Shown: piece after piece, positions 40,466-54,379 of the stretch
Layout: each line of letters begins with the position of its first letter
How positions within the stretch are numbered: position 1 is the stretch's first letter
Assembly (NCBI RefSeq): GCF_006345805.1
Contig: NC_043018.1
Coordinates: forward strand, 4,464,001 to 4,528,000
Direction of reading: 5' to 3'
From: Octopus sinensis
Taxonomy: Eukaryota
Length of the DNA stretch: 64,000 bases
Position numbers and translations under genes: made by a program
Notes under the pieces: model-generated
The model's input: only the letters and a program-made list of their open reading frames with translations
What the model was told of the DNA's origin: nothing
Databases searched by the model: none

Positions 40466-40797
40466 GTTACAATGACTTCTATACTCAATTGGAACTTTAT
40501 TTTATTGATCTTGAAAAGATAAATGACAGATTTGACCAGAATAGGATTTGGAACCAGAACTTAAAGAGATGAAAGAAACATAGCAAAGTGTCTTGTCATA
40601 TATTCTAACAATTCTGTCACCTCACCACCCAATGTCCAAAAGTAATAATAATTACAATTTTCTTTTTTCAATCAGTAAAATATATTTATCAACAAAATTG
40701 CAAATTTTGTAACTTAACAAAATAATGATAATAATAAACAACTGGTAAAAGAAATACATTTATGATATATACACTTTTGCACGTACACAGATGCACA

Positions 40798-40866
<69 letters not shown>

Positions 40867-41223
40867 CAATGTAAACAGAATAATCAAAACCAAAAGTGAA
40901 ACGAATTGTATATTTGATCAGGTCCAGTTTTGATGTCTGAGATAGAAATTTTTTTTAATAAATAGATGATATCGAGAAAAACGATTTATAAAGGCAAAAC
41001 TATGAGCAAGATAATGATGATGATATTAAAAATAATGATAATAATGATTTTTATCATTACCATAATAAATGTATTGTGATGCTTCTTCGATCATAGAAAT
41101 AACTATAGCAACACATAACAAGAAAGCACGGGACTAACTACAACATATGGTAGGATGAAATGCAGAACTGTATGTGTGTGTGTGTGGTAAGTAGTCCAAA
41201 GTGTCTAACGTAAATGTGCATAT

Positions 41224-41641
41224 TACTCTTTTACTCTTTTCTCTTTTACTTGTTTCAGTCATTTGACTGCGGCCATGCTGGAGCACCGCCTTTAGTCGAG
41301 CAAATCGACCCCGGGACTTATTCTTTGTAAGCCCAGTACTTATTCTATCGGTCTCTTTTGCCGAACCGCTAAGTGACGGGGACGTAAACACACCAGCATC
41401 GGTTGTCAAGCAATGCTAGGGGGACAAACACAGACACACAAACATATACACACACACTTATATATATATACATATATACGACAGGCTTCTTTCAGTTTCC
41501 GTCTACCAAATCCACTCACAAGGCATTGGTCGGCCCGGGGCTTTAGCAGAAGACACTTGCCCAAGATGCCATGCAGTGGGACTGAACCTGGAGCTATGTG
41601 GTTGGTTAGCAAGCTACTTACCACACAGCCACTCCTGCACC
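41224..41641 (-). mobile_element. Young full-length tRNA-derived SINE (family B)
   Basis: A box TGGCTGTGTGG, B box GGTTCAGTCCC, central (TA/TG)n and GTAAAAGA-type tail, CpGs retained. Other copies at ~15455-15830, 21195-21592, 35430-35985, 38025-38420, 45330-45672 (+) and 52660-52822. Confidence 0.85.
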
Positions 41642-41644
41642 TTA

Positions 41645-41704
<60 letters not shown>

Positions 41705-42720
41705 TTATATACACACACACACACACACACTCACACATATATACAAGTAGAAACATCATCCTCTGGGCAGTTTTCTGCTAATCTCTGGATAATATTTACA
41801 CATTTGATTCCCAATTTGTTTAATTTTTATACGTCTTATTTCTGTTTGTATCCTTAATTTGTCTGATAGTACTCATTTGCTCAATTATTGAATATAGAAC
41901 AACAGCAAGCACTCAAAGATGCTGTTAGAATTTATTAAGAAATTAGATATTATGTTGACTTAACTTAGCCACAGATAAGTTCTCAATTTATCATATAGAC
42001 AGATATAGATATATAGATATGTATATTATCTGAAGTGTACAGTATGATATATCCATTAAGGCTGATCTTATCAATTGGTTTTGCACCAGGGATTCAACAG
42101 GATGCTAGGTAACAGCCTGATTATGTAACCCTGTGCTCATCAGAGGTAGCCGATATGGAATGATATATGGTGATTATTGTTACAAAATGCTCCATTGAAA
42201 CCTGGCACTAAACCAATTGGTAAGATCAGCTGTAATAAATATATAATACTGAACACTTTGGATGATATAACCACTCTATTGACAGATGTACAAGTGCATC
42301 TTTTCCCTGATTTATGGACTCTTAGACAACTTACACGCATGCACATACATACATACATGCACACATACACACACACGCGCATATCACCACTTAAACATGA
42401 ATGTTCCATTAGAACAAACAATACTGCAGTAGATTCCATGAGAGAAACTCTCATTCTGGCTTTTGGTGCAAAATGCACAGACACTTACATCACTAACAGT
42501 GAGATGAATCCTTGCCATCTTCAGCACCGAGATCACCAGATCATGTGATTTTGACCATCCTTGGTCTTGTCCATGATCGTCACTCAACTGCTAGAAATAG
42601 CAGCAACTCATTTTCCCACCAGCAATATATAGAATAACAGTAGCAGAACAGGTACTGATGTCACGATTAGCCTGTGTGCAGTGCCATAAACAGTACTGGT
42701 GTTGCAATTAGCCAGTGAGC

Positions 42721-42751
<31 letters not shown>

Positions 42752-42833
42752 CAGAAGATTTCATAACTTTGCATAAAACTGTGAACTGGACTGTACATCT
42801 AGCTTGCACTAGGAAAAATAAAATTGAAAAATA

Positions 42834-43517
42834 GGATCTTTTCCTTTTGAACGGCAGACAATTTCTAGTTAACTAAACACTTTAAAACTTTGTATACTGG
42901 TAGAATGTGTCAAAATAAAACATTTTTTTTCTCTTGGCTTTCTTGAGAAAATTGTAATTTGTTTGTTTAACGTAGTTTAATTTTTCGAATTTTAACCAAT
43001 CCTATGCTTTCTTTTGAGTTAATCATTTGCTGCGTCTAAAACTGAGACAAAATCCTGTAACTAACCCTAACCCCCCCCCAACCCTAAATGTAAAAGAAAA
43101 ACTAAATCAATGGAAAATAATTTAAACAATTAAGAAACAAAATAATTCTATAATTTTATACACACACTTTCCGTAACACATGTGTGTATAAAATTATAAA
43201 ATTATTTTGTATGTTAATTGTTTTAGTTTTTTTTTACACGCCTAACAATTAAGAAAAAAAAAATTTAGGGTTAGGGTTAGGATGTCTCAGTTTTAGATGC
43301 AGTAAATGTTGTTTACCTAAATGGAGGTAATCGATTGGTTAAAATTGCCGAAATGCTCGGATTTTCAGACGAAATATCTTACAACCTATAGAATTTTCTC
43401 AATAAAACCAAGAGAAAATGATGTTTTAAAAAACACATTCTACCAGTATACGAAGTTTAAAAGTGTTTAGTTAACAAAAAATTGTGTTGACATCCGCCGT
43501 TCAAAAGGAAAATATCC
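42834..43517. mobile_element. 684-bp foldback MITE with 8-bp TSD and internal telomere-like repeats
   Basis: Ends GGATCTTTTCCTTTTGAACGGC / GCCGTTCAAAAGGAAAATATCC. TSD GAAAAATA at 42826-42833 and 43518-43525. Inverted homology continues to a central palindrome at ~43145-43200. Confidence 0.88.
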
Positions 43518-45675
43518 GAAAAATATACTGCAGGCTTGAAGACACATGACAGTATATTTGCTCTGCATCACTTTTCTGCCAACATATATATATTTGTGCG
43601 TTTCTGTATTAATACTCTAGATACATAATTACAAATGTATAAAGATGGGAAGTATGTCTTTTTCCCATTCATCATATGAATTAATTTCTGACAGCTAATT
43701 CTTTTGCTGAACAATGGTTTCAGCAAAGGAATTACCTACCTATTTCTTCAACAATTTCAACAAATATGAAAGAATATTGTAATCAACATAAATTGGCTAA
43801 AACTAGATGAATCTTATAATTTGGAGAAATATTTTTGCTTACGTATATATAGATGGTATGTAAGATGGTATATATAGATGGTATGTAAGAGCCATGGTAT
43901 GTAAGAGAAAAAGAAGGTAAAGATGAGACACAGTGAATTAAAATTCGTTTTCTGTAGTTGAAATCTTCGACAATATGAAGATCATGAAAATCACATTTTC
44001 ACAAAAATATATTAAAATTTTCAAGAGTTTTCTAGATATTGTAGACTTTAAGGATTCCTCCACCTTTTTTTTTAGTAAAAATTACATACTCTAAAATGAT
44101 TAAAAACCAACTTTCTATATTATAGTACAAATAAAACTAGTAGATAGGCAGCAAGATTTTTAATATTTCCATACTAATTAGAGCAGCTTCATAATCCACT
44201 CACAATTTACACACTCAACTCTGAAGTAGACATGTATATACACACACACTCTCACATGCAGATACACATACATACATATACACTTATACAGGATTATGTA
44301 TATTGCATGTGTATATCATAAGGGATTCATTACGGATGAACACATTGTATATTGGTTAGTATATATATCACAGCTGCTTATATATACACTAGACCAGTTT
44401 TTGTATACCATGCACATGTATATACTGTAAAGTTTTGTGTATATAATATATACACGCACTGAACAAAAGTAAAGTAAAAATGTCAATACAATTCATTATA
44501 TTTTAGAGAAGATAAAGGAAGGGCTATTATTAAGATGTTACGAAAATGAATTTGATAAAAATTTGATTAAATTTAATTTGCAAAATTATAAAATTCACAC
44601 TTGTTTTGTTTTATGTCACTGAATTTAATAACTTTTGCAGAAACTGTGAAAATCCATTTTCTGTTGTAATTAATAAATGAATTCTAATTTATTTAAAACA
44701 AGACATATATACATAATCTTTATGGTACATACACACATACATACATACATACATACATACATACACACATACATACATACATACATACATACACACATAC
44801 ATATCTATCTTTCTATCTATCTGTCTGTCTGTCTGTCTATAAATAAGTATATGCATACATATATTTATATAGTCAGGAAAAGAGGTATTAAGCACATTTG
44901 TCAATCAAGTGGTTTATAAATCAAAGTTTTATAGAGCCATCTTTGAAGAGAATAGTTATGAGATAATTGTCTGATTACCTAATATCCACTGTGAAACTGA
45001 TTGATAAAATTGGCCATCATGGATTCATATGGTATGCTTTGGTGTGTGTGTGTGTGTGTGTGCCACTGGGATGGGTGCCTGTCGTGTAACTGGCACCCGT
45101 GCTGGTGGCACATAAAAAGCACCCTTCAAACTGTGGGCCCCATAGAGGCAGTGACAAGTGACTTGGGACCTTTGGCAACAGACTGTCCTTGGGAAGACCT
45201 GTCAAGCCAAGTGAGATCATAGTCATGGCTGATGTTGGTTTCATAACTGAGCCAGTCAAATTGTCCAACCCATGCCAGCATGGAAAACAGACATTAAATG
45301 ATGATGATGATGTATATGTGTGTGTGTGTGGTTGTGTGGTAAGAAGCTTGCTTCCCAACCACATGGTTCCTGGTTCAGTCCCATCGCCAAACCAAAACTT
45401 TGTGAGTGGATTTTGTAAACAGAAACTGAAAGAAGCCCATCATATGTGTGTGTGTGTGTGTGTGTCATTGTGTCTCTGTTTGTTCCCCCACCATCACATG
45501 ACAACCAATGCTGGTGTGTTTATGTTTCCATAACTTAGTGGTACAGCAGAAGGGACTAATAGAATAAGTACTAGGCAGACAAAGAATAAGTCCTAGAGTT
45601 GAATTCTTTGACTAAAACCATTTAAGGCACTGCTCCAGCATGGCTGCAGTCATATGACTAAAACAAGTAAAAGAA

Positions 45676-45734
45676 TATATATATGTGTGTGTATATAATA
45701 TATATATGTGTATATATACATATATGTATGTATG

Positions 45735-45767
<33 letters not shown>

Positions 45768-45847
45768 ATATATACATATGTGTATGTATGTGTATATATA
45801 TATATATGTAATATATGTATATATATATATATACATATGTATGTATG

Positions 45848-45878
<31 letters not shown>

Positions 45879-46035
45879 GTATATATGTATATACATATGT
45901 ATATATGTATGTGTGTATATATATATATATGCACATATGTATGTATATATGTATGTATGTATATATACATATGCATGTATATATGTATGTATATATATAT
46001 AGATATATATAGATATATAGATATATATATATATT
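45676..46035. repeat. Compound (TA/TATG)n microsatellite
   Basis: Direct reading. Confidence 0.95.
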
Positions 46036-47828
46036 ATGGCTGCCCCCTCGTTATCGAGTATGGCCAATGCACGAAGCTTAACTGTTACTGGTGCTGATGC
46101 ATCTATATATATGTATGTATGTATAGACACACACATATATATATGAATGTGTGTGTGTGTGTGTTTTTTTCAAGTGTGTGAATAAACTTGCATAAACACA
46201 TTTTCTGGCCGTTTAGTGGCAGAATCAGTTGAACAACAAGAAAAAAAAAGAAAACGTTTGTGGTATTTTGTTGCGTAGTTTTATGCCCCGAGCATTGCCA
46301 AGGCAAACTTTGCGTTTCATCATTGAGCAGAGGCGTTCTTGCAATGATCTACCCATTATTTCGGAGCTGTTTAATTAGAATTACATTATCTAAAGTTTCC
46401 TTCCTTATCTATGATGGCAGGGTGTGGTTTGAGAAAGATTTGGCTGCTATTTCTAGTAAGTCGAGTGATCACATATGTTACCTTATTTACTCATGTGTCA
46501 GTCGCATTATTTTACTCATGAAAAAAACATCCGGTGTGCGACGTAAGTGCGGTATTTATACAGGTACCACTGAGGAAGTGGCAAGGTGATCGCTCGATCC
46601 GCTAAAAATAGCACCCAAATCTCTTTCAGCTAACACTAACGTTTTTGTATAAGAACAAATCAGATAACTGAGTTCTATATTTACAGCGACTGGATGGTCA
46701 TATTTGGAAGAGCTTCGCTCATATGTCTGCGCTAATGAGGCTGGCCATAGAATTCCTACATTTTCAAGTGTGTTCAATTTCCTAAAGAAGGATTAGCATA
46801 TTCTTCGTAATATTGGTTTCAAATTTTGGCACAAGACCAACAAGTTCAGGGAGATGGATTAAGTCAATTACATTTACCCCCAGGGATCAAATGGTACTTA
46901 TTTTATCGACCCTGAAAGGATGAAATGCAAAGTGGACTTCGGCGGAATTTGAACTCAGAGCATAACAACGGACGAAATGCAGCTAAACGTTTTGTCCGGT
47001 TCACCACTTCGTAATATTAAAGAGAATTGTTGAGGTGGCCAGCTGGCAGAATTGTTAGCACGCCGAGCAATATGTCGAGCGGCATTTGATCCATCTTCAC
47101 GTTCTGAGTTCAAATTCCGCCGGGGTCGACTTTATTTTTCAGGGTCGATAAAACAAGTACCAAAAATTACTGCCAAAATTTGAAACCGATATGAAGGAGA
47201 ATATTAAGGCGGCAGGCTGGCAGAATCGTTAGCACGCTGGGGGAAACGTCTTCACATTCTGAGTTCAAATTCTGCCGAGGTCAGTTTTGCCTTTCATCCT
47301 TCTTGGATCGATAAAGTAAGTACCAGCTGAAAACTGAAGTCGATTGAAGAGATTGAACGCCTCCGCAAAACTGCCGGCCTTGTGCCAGAATTTGAAGTGA
47401 ATCTTAACTAATTAAATAAATTATTAAGGAAAATCTTAAATAGCTGTCACATTTAATGTCGTAATAGCTTCTCTCTGTCACTCACACACAGAAACATATA
47501 CGTGCACGCACACATAAACTCACACACAACACGGGAGACGCGCAAACACAGACAACACATATACAGATGCACACTAACACACGCAGAAACAAAAACTACA
47601 AACACAAACACACGGAAAACACAAACAGATTGACGCAGGGAGATACACACACGCAAATACAAACACACAGCACCCGCACACACACACACAGCGACACGTA
47701 CATACATCCACAAACACACACTTATTAAATCCAATATACTTATCAATTAAAACTTGTAATTATGTCAGAAAATTAATCTATAACGAAGCAGCAGAGAAAA
47801 ATGGTGACAATGAATATTAATAGTTTAC

Positions 47829-48210
47829 CTGTACACAGGTGTTGTGTTAATATACGAGCATGATGGGTGTAGAGAGACAGACGTCACCGACGGACGGCGG
47901 GAGTCGCATTGGTAATAGAGTTACATCGAGTTAGTGGGAGTGAAACATCGAAAATGAAAGTATAAAAGGAGAACGTAGGCAATGGAGATTTTTCTTTTCT
48001 TTTCAGACGATAGGAAATGTCATTTTAACTCAAGTATCACCAGGGATTCGGTGGAATTAGTCCAGTGCTGCAATATGGTTTCTTGGAAGTGATGTGCCCG
48101 GCAAAGATAGGAAACAGCTGGAGTAATTTTGAAGAAGAAATACCATGTAGGAGGAGGAGGAGGATATGCTAATAGACTACTACGTTCTTGGCGGTTTCCA
48201 TGCGAGTACG
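47829..48210 (-). promoter_or_regulatory. Putative promoter and non-coding first exon of the VPS13-like gene
   Basis: Unique CpG-rich sequence ending in a minus-strand donor ACAG|GTAAAC at 47829/47828. Contains GACGTCA (CRE-like, ~47880), ATTGG (CCAAT, ~47908) and GGAAGTG (ETS-like, ~48085). Nearby SINEs retain CpGs. TSS not definable. Confidence 0.5.
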
Positions 48211-48774
48211 TGTGTGTGTGTGTGTGTGTGCGCGTGTGCGTGTGTGTGTGTGTGTGTGTGTAGGCATTCCTACACAAGCGTGCCCGCCACCACCAACTTT
48301 GTTTCCTCATAATTTTCAGAAAAATTGATATTTAAACAAAAAATGATACTTTCATCAAATTCGTTTCAGATCATGAAGATTCCAATTGTATCGGAATTTG
48401 TTGGGGAAATTAGTTTGTTTTTTTTCCGTGAGATGGGGACAGAGTTTCAGAAATTTTACACAAGTCAGCTTTGTTTCCTCATAACTTTCAAAACACTGGG
48501 TATTTTTTAATGAAATTTTATATGTACCTTTCTGAGTGTGTAGATTACGATTATATCATAATTCAATTTATATATTCTTTTATTATTTTACTTGTGACTG
48601 CGGCCAAGCAGGAGCACCACCTTGATGGGCTTTAGTCAAACAAATTTTACCCCAGGGCATATTTTTAAAGCCTAATACTTATTCCATCAGTCTCTTTTGC
48701 TGAAGCACTAAGTTATGGATGTAAACACACCAATTGGATGTGTGTGGCTTAGTGGTTAGGGTGTTAGACTTTTT

Positions 48775-49262
48775 AAATCTAAAATATACTCCCCTTCATT
48801 TTCTACAATGCTCTTCCATCTATCTAGTAGACTTGCAAGGCCCCTCTTCCAAGATTCACTTCTCCATAATGAAAAATACTCCTCCAGTTCTGTTCTGACC
48901 TTATCTACAGAATTCATATTTTTTCCCTCCAAAGGATTTTGAAGACTGCAGAATAAATGATAATCAGCTAGGCTAATTAATGTCTGGCAAATATATGCTC
49001 CGGCCTTTGGAATGTCATCCTCACTGTATGTGGCCAAGCATTATCCTGATGGAAGAACACCTTTTGTCTTGAAACCAAAGACGGTCGTTTTTCTTCTAGT
49101 GCTCAAGCTGCTCACAGCAGATCTCCTTTGTTATCATTTGGTTTGGGTTTAAAAGTTCAAAGTGGACTAAACCTTTCATAGCCCACCAAACAGATAACAA
49201 CACCTTGTGTGGGTGAAAACTTTCTTTAGCTTGGGGTGCCCATGCTTCTCCTTTCCCTACCC
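48775..49262 (-). mobile_element. Mariner transposase C-terminal (DD34D-type) relic
   Basis: KGLVHFELL, VFFHQDNAWPH and DYHLFCSLQN...LLDRWKSIVENEGEYI motifs. Confidence 0.85.
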
Positions 49263-50263
49263 ACTGTCTTTAGCACTTGACAAATGTTTCCACTTAATTA
49301 CCTGTACAGGTGCACAGAGTGCCATACTGCAGATGCCAAAGTGATCATAGAACAACGTGAAATAAAGTTTTTTGCCAAGAACACAACACACTACCTGGTC
49401 CAGAAATTGAAACTGCAATCTTCTGATCATGAGCACAACACCCTAACCAGTAGGCCATGTACCATCAATACACACACACACATGCGTGTGTGTGTGTAAG
49501 CATATGATTGTGTGTGTATTTGTTTTACATTCCATAGAAACCTCATGAACATCATGTGCACAAAGTGTTACGAAATTGTCACGAGTAACATTACAAAGAC
49601 TGTGTTTTATCACAAATGCAAAAACAAAAGCAAGCAAATAAGCATCAACTGCAGATGCCAAAGTGATCCTCTGTCTTCAACATAACAACATACAATGTTT
49701 TGTTTGTTTTTTGACCTGAATATTGGTCAAGAAAATAATATTAACCTTCACAAAGAGATGGTAAACAGAGAAATAAATTATTATTATTTATCTTTTTGAA
49801 TAAACAAAAATTTGTTTCAATGGTTTATATGAGTTCTTTGATCTTGTTTTTCACTTGTTTCAGTCATTAGACTGTGGCCATGCTGGGGCATAACCTTGGA
49901 GGAAATTTTAGTTGACTACATCGTCCCCAGGGCGTTTTTTTTTTTTTAAACCTGTTACTTATTCTATCAGTCATGTCTGCCAAACTGCTAATGGTCCACA
50001 TTAACACACTAGCTAACCACTTCAACATGAACAATCATTCAAAATACTGCCAAAATTCTGCTGGGATTTACCTGGGATTAAGCATAGGGACCTATTCCAT
50101 CACAGAAGTATGGCCCAACCTCCATACTCTCTGGAAAAAGATGAATTGTAAACTTTAATTCTCCTGCCTGTATCCTTATGTCTACTTTTACTCTTTATTC
50201 TTCTATTTTATCCCTTATAAACTGTGAATTTCCCTGTCTAGAACTTTCATACATACTCACCTT

Positions 50264-50339
50264 GACTTTGATGACGGAATACCCAGGGTACAGACATGCT
50301 AGCCTATCACTTGGGGCACCCCAGAAACAGCTGTAAGAC
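50264..50339 (+). ncRNA. Degenerate hammerhead (TTGATGA core) in a probable Penelope-like relic
   Basis: GACT-TTGATGA-long stem II-GAAAC-AGCT-GTA-AGAC, downstream of TLANHFNMNNHS (weak GIY-YIG-like piece, ~50005). Confidence 0.55.
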
Positions 50340-50870
50340 TTCAAATTAACCTTACCCAAATTAAATTATTATAAATGACTTGACACACTCATCCTGCCTT
50401 TGTTTTGACGGCCTTTTCTTCTAACGTACACCTGCTAACACGGAAATCTAATACAAGTCCCTAGCTCCAGCCTCAGCAGTGAGTTCGGAACCTAACGGAA
50501 GACCAATTATGGCACTTACTCAGCGTACCTATTTGTTTGGATCACCAGTGAACTAAACCCCCTCATATCCTTTACACACACACATGTGTGCGCACACTCA
50601 CACACACACACAATCAAAATAAACAACTCGGATATCCAGAGGTAATGCAGTACGATCATTTCAAGCAACTCCATTTCATTGAACAATGCAACCATTACAT
50701 CACTTTAAATGCAGAGCAATCCTCAGCTGCATAAATACAGAGAATTAAATTAAAACAGATGGACACATTAGTATAATTTTACCTAAAACCTCCAAGAAGG
50801 TAAGGAGATAGACAAAGAACATGATGTCTTCACTTCAGCTTAGAAGCTAATAAGCTGAAGTGATTTTTTT

Positions 50871-50949
50871 CATTCTGATGATGTCAATCAATTACAACGA
50901 GGTAAATACATATTTACCCCAACCTGATACATGGAAACAGCTGTAACCT
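50871..50949 (+). ncRNA. Hammerhead core with long stem II and weak stem I
   Basis: CTGATGA...GGTAAATAcaTATTTACC...GAAAC-AGCT-GTA, preceded by a perfect 12-bp hairpin at 50831-50862. Confidence 0.55.
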
Positions 50950-51198
50950 TACTCTAACATACTCCCATCTTAATTAAATAATGACTTTATAACACCAAAG
51001 ATCCACTTCTCATTGTTACTTATTTCTCCATTTTCTTATCCTCTATACATATATATTAAACCACAGTTTACCTCTTAAATTACCTGCCACAGTATACTTT
51101 ATAACAAGGACCAAACATACTGAGGTAATTACCTGGAGTGTCTTTGGATACATCTATCCCTTGGATGATTTTAATACATCTAGCTTATATCTTACATA

Positions 51199-51229
<31 letters not shown>

Positions 51230-53632
51230 CACACACACAAGTTTCGGGCCCAGGCATATTTAAGACAAAGTTTATGTTATTTGTTATAGTGATTTTTCTA
51301 CAGACCCCCTCTTTCTAGATGTTAAAATGGGTTTGAGTAGGACCAAGACTCCTATCTAGAAAAAAAGCAAAGTCACAGAAGCATTGATGATAATTGAAAC
51401 CCAACAAGACTAAGGAAGCATGTTTACCCCCACCTTTTTACTGAGGTGGGTACTTTTGAAAGGGAGCCCAGAGTGGAGGGCAGAGGAGAAAAGTTGTGGG
51501 TGACCTATGAAGCATAGGGAGCAAAGGGAATGAGTATTTAAGTAGCAGTAGGAAAGTAGAGAGAGAGGGAGGGAGAGACAGGCAGACAGAGAGAGAGAGA
51601 GTGAGAGAAAGAGAGACAATACAGGTGTTAGCCCAATCACAATGACCATGGTGATGCAGGTAATAATATGTGTTTATGTTACATGAGAAAGATACTAATT
51701 TGAATACTAAAAATAGCTATTTTATACAGTTGGTAACCTATCAATGGTATTCATTGATTTAACAAGATCAATGTGTGAACAGTGCAAAGGTCTCTTACCA
51801 TATTGATACCTGATGGGTTACTTACAAAATATGAAAGTTCACATTTGTGAAACATAAATGTCAAACACTGAAAGATGTTAATTCTATATAGAAATGTATT
51901 TAGATTTCAGATTTGTTCCTGAATAATTTTGTAGATATAACCCCCGACCAAAAGGGAAAATATAGAGGTCCAATAGACAAGGAGTTGCAATTTCACTCAA
52001 GCTTTGCATAATTCAGGTTCTGTACAGTCAGATAATGGAAGCGCAATGGCCCAGTGGTTAGGGCAGCAGACTCGCAGTCGGAGGATCATGGTTTCGATTC
52101 CCAGACCGAGTGTTGTGTGTGTTTATTGAGTGAAAACACCTAAAGCTCCACGAGGCTCCGGCAGGGGATGGTAGCAACCCCTGTTGTACTCTTTCGCCCC
52201 AACTTTCTCTCACTCTTTCTTCCTGTTTCTTGAGTAACGTTGCAATGGACTGGCGTCCCGTCCAGCTGGGGGGAACACATACACCACAGAAACCGGGAAA
52301 CTGGGCCCTTGAGCCTGGCTAGGCTTGAAAAGGGTGCATATATAAAAAAGACTAAACAGTGAGATAAGCCATATGTAAGACACTCTTCATAGGACGGTGA
52401 AGTCGTTGGCGTTTTAATGTTCACTTTTCCATGTTTGCATGAGTTGTTTGAAATTTCATTGAGGCAGATTTTCTCTGGACAGATGTTCTTCCTGTTAACA
52501 ACCCTTACTTGGTGATATTTTCCCAGCACCAGACCTGTTTCATGGAAGACTGAAAACAAAGGACACTGCTTGTATGAAGGTGATTCTCATTTACAATTAT
52601 CATCCAATGTCAAAAAAGGTGTCAGTAACACACACAAGCCCTTCACTCCACTCATATATATATAGATATATGACAGGCTTCTTTTCAGTTTCTGTCTGCC
52701 AAACCCACTCACAAGCCTAGAACTAAAATAGAAAAAAATTGCCCAAAGCGCCATGCAGTGGGACTGAACTTGCAATTACGTGGTTGAAAAGGAAGTTTCT
52801 CAACCACACAGCCATACCTGCACCAAAAATATTTAACTAATTAGTCATGCAACAAATTATGTATATTCCTCATTGTATTGATATTTCTCTCTAAATTTGT
52901 AATGATTATTCCTTAAATTGATTAACACTAACTTAATTAATGTTTCACATACAATTAAAATCCAATGATTATGCTAATTTTTCATGTCCACTAATGTATA
53001 AAATTGTACATCAATTTAGTGATTGCCCAATTAATATTGCATTTAGTATAGTGAAGACGGTGCTTTGCTGATGATGTCTAATAAGACAGGAACATGCACT
53101 TCCCAAAGATAATAAAATAACAATTAGCATTCAGCAAACATTGTCATTTCTTCATCATGTAAGTAGTTCCAATTTAGTTTTTGATGTTCAGAAAATAAAA
53201 TATGTTGACACTAACTTAACTATTGTTTTTCATGTAGAAGGTGTCTCTGAGTAACAAACCTCAGTGATTTATTGTTTATTAGTATCCTGACAACAATGAT
53301 ATAACTTGTGTCAAAGAGTATCTGGGTGGAAAACTTCACTCTAGAGAAGCAATTCTCAACATTTTACAATTGCCACCTTTTAACACATTGTGTCCTTGAG
53401 CAAGACACTTTATTTCACATTGCTCCAGTCCACTCAGCTGGCAAAAATGAATTGTACCTGTATTTCAAAGGGCCAGCCTTGTCACACCCTGTGTCATGCT
53501 GAATCTCCCTGAGAACTCCGTTAGGGGTACACGTGTCTGTGGAGTGCTCAGTCACTTGCGCGTTAATTTCACGAGCAAGCTGTTCTGTTGATCGTATCAG
53601 CTGGGTACCTTGTTGTCGTAACCGACGGAGTA

Positions 53633-53674
<42 letters not shown>

Positions 53675-53679
53675 AGCAC

Positions 53680-53713
<34 letters not shown>

Positions 53714-53957
53714 TACACATATATACTGCGAAAATAATAAGGGTAGAAAATTTAGAGAAATATTCTACTGGTGGCCAGCATGCGTAATAAAGTCACTAGA
53801 CAACATATTTTTCATATGAATTAGTGTATGTTTTTATACACAAAAAGAGGTGACCTTTAACAGGACACCTTACATGCTGGAAAGAGCAGTTAAAGCCCAA
53901 ACCACAAATAAGAGTAATTTCAAAGGGAATGCAAAATAAAAACATTTCAATAGTTAC

Positions 53958-54025
53958 CCTTATACTCGAGTTTCTGAATTAAAGCGCAAATAAATTAATT
54001 TGCCATCCATGCTTCTTCAGTAAGG
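53958..54025 (-). ncRNA. Minimal hammerhead ribozyme, intact core, long imperfect stem II
   Basis: CCTTA-CTGAAGA-...GCAAAT taattt ATTTGC...-GAAAC-TCGA-GTA^TAAGG. 5-bp stem I, palindrome ACTCGAGT. Confidence 0.75.
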
Positions 54026-54338
54026 CTGCTAAATTTTATGCATATTTATGCAACACTGAAGATACATGTGTTCCATACATCATACATGATAATTTTTCAA
54101 ATCCACCTCGCAGGCACAGTTACAATTGGCAGCAAGGAAATGTGTTGGCCTTCCCTATTTTCTTTTTAGTCCTTTCAATGGTATTCCATGACTTGCTCCT
54201 ACAGAGTGGAAAAATCCCAATCCTATCGTTACATATGATAGTTTCAAATTTCTTCATAGCTCTTTTATATACTCTGATCCTTTGTCTATGGCTGTATCCT
54301 GAGAACTGCATGTGGTGAAACATATATATGTATATATA

Positions 54339-54379
<41 letters not shown>

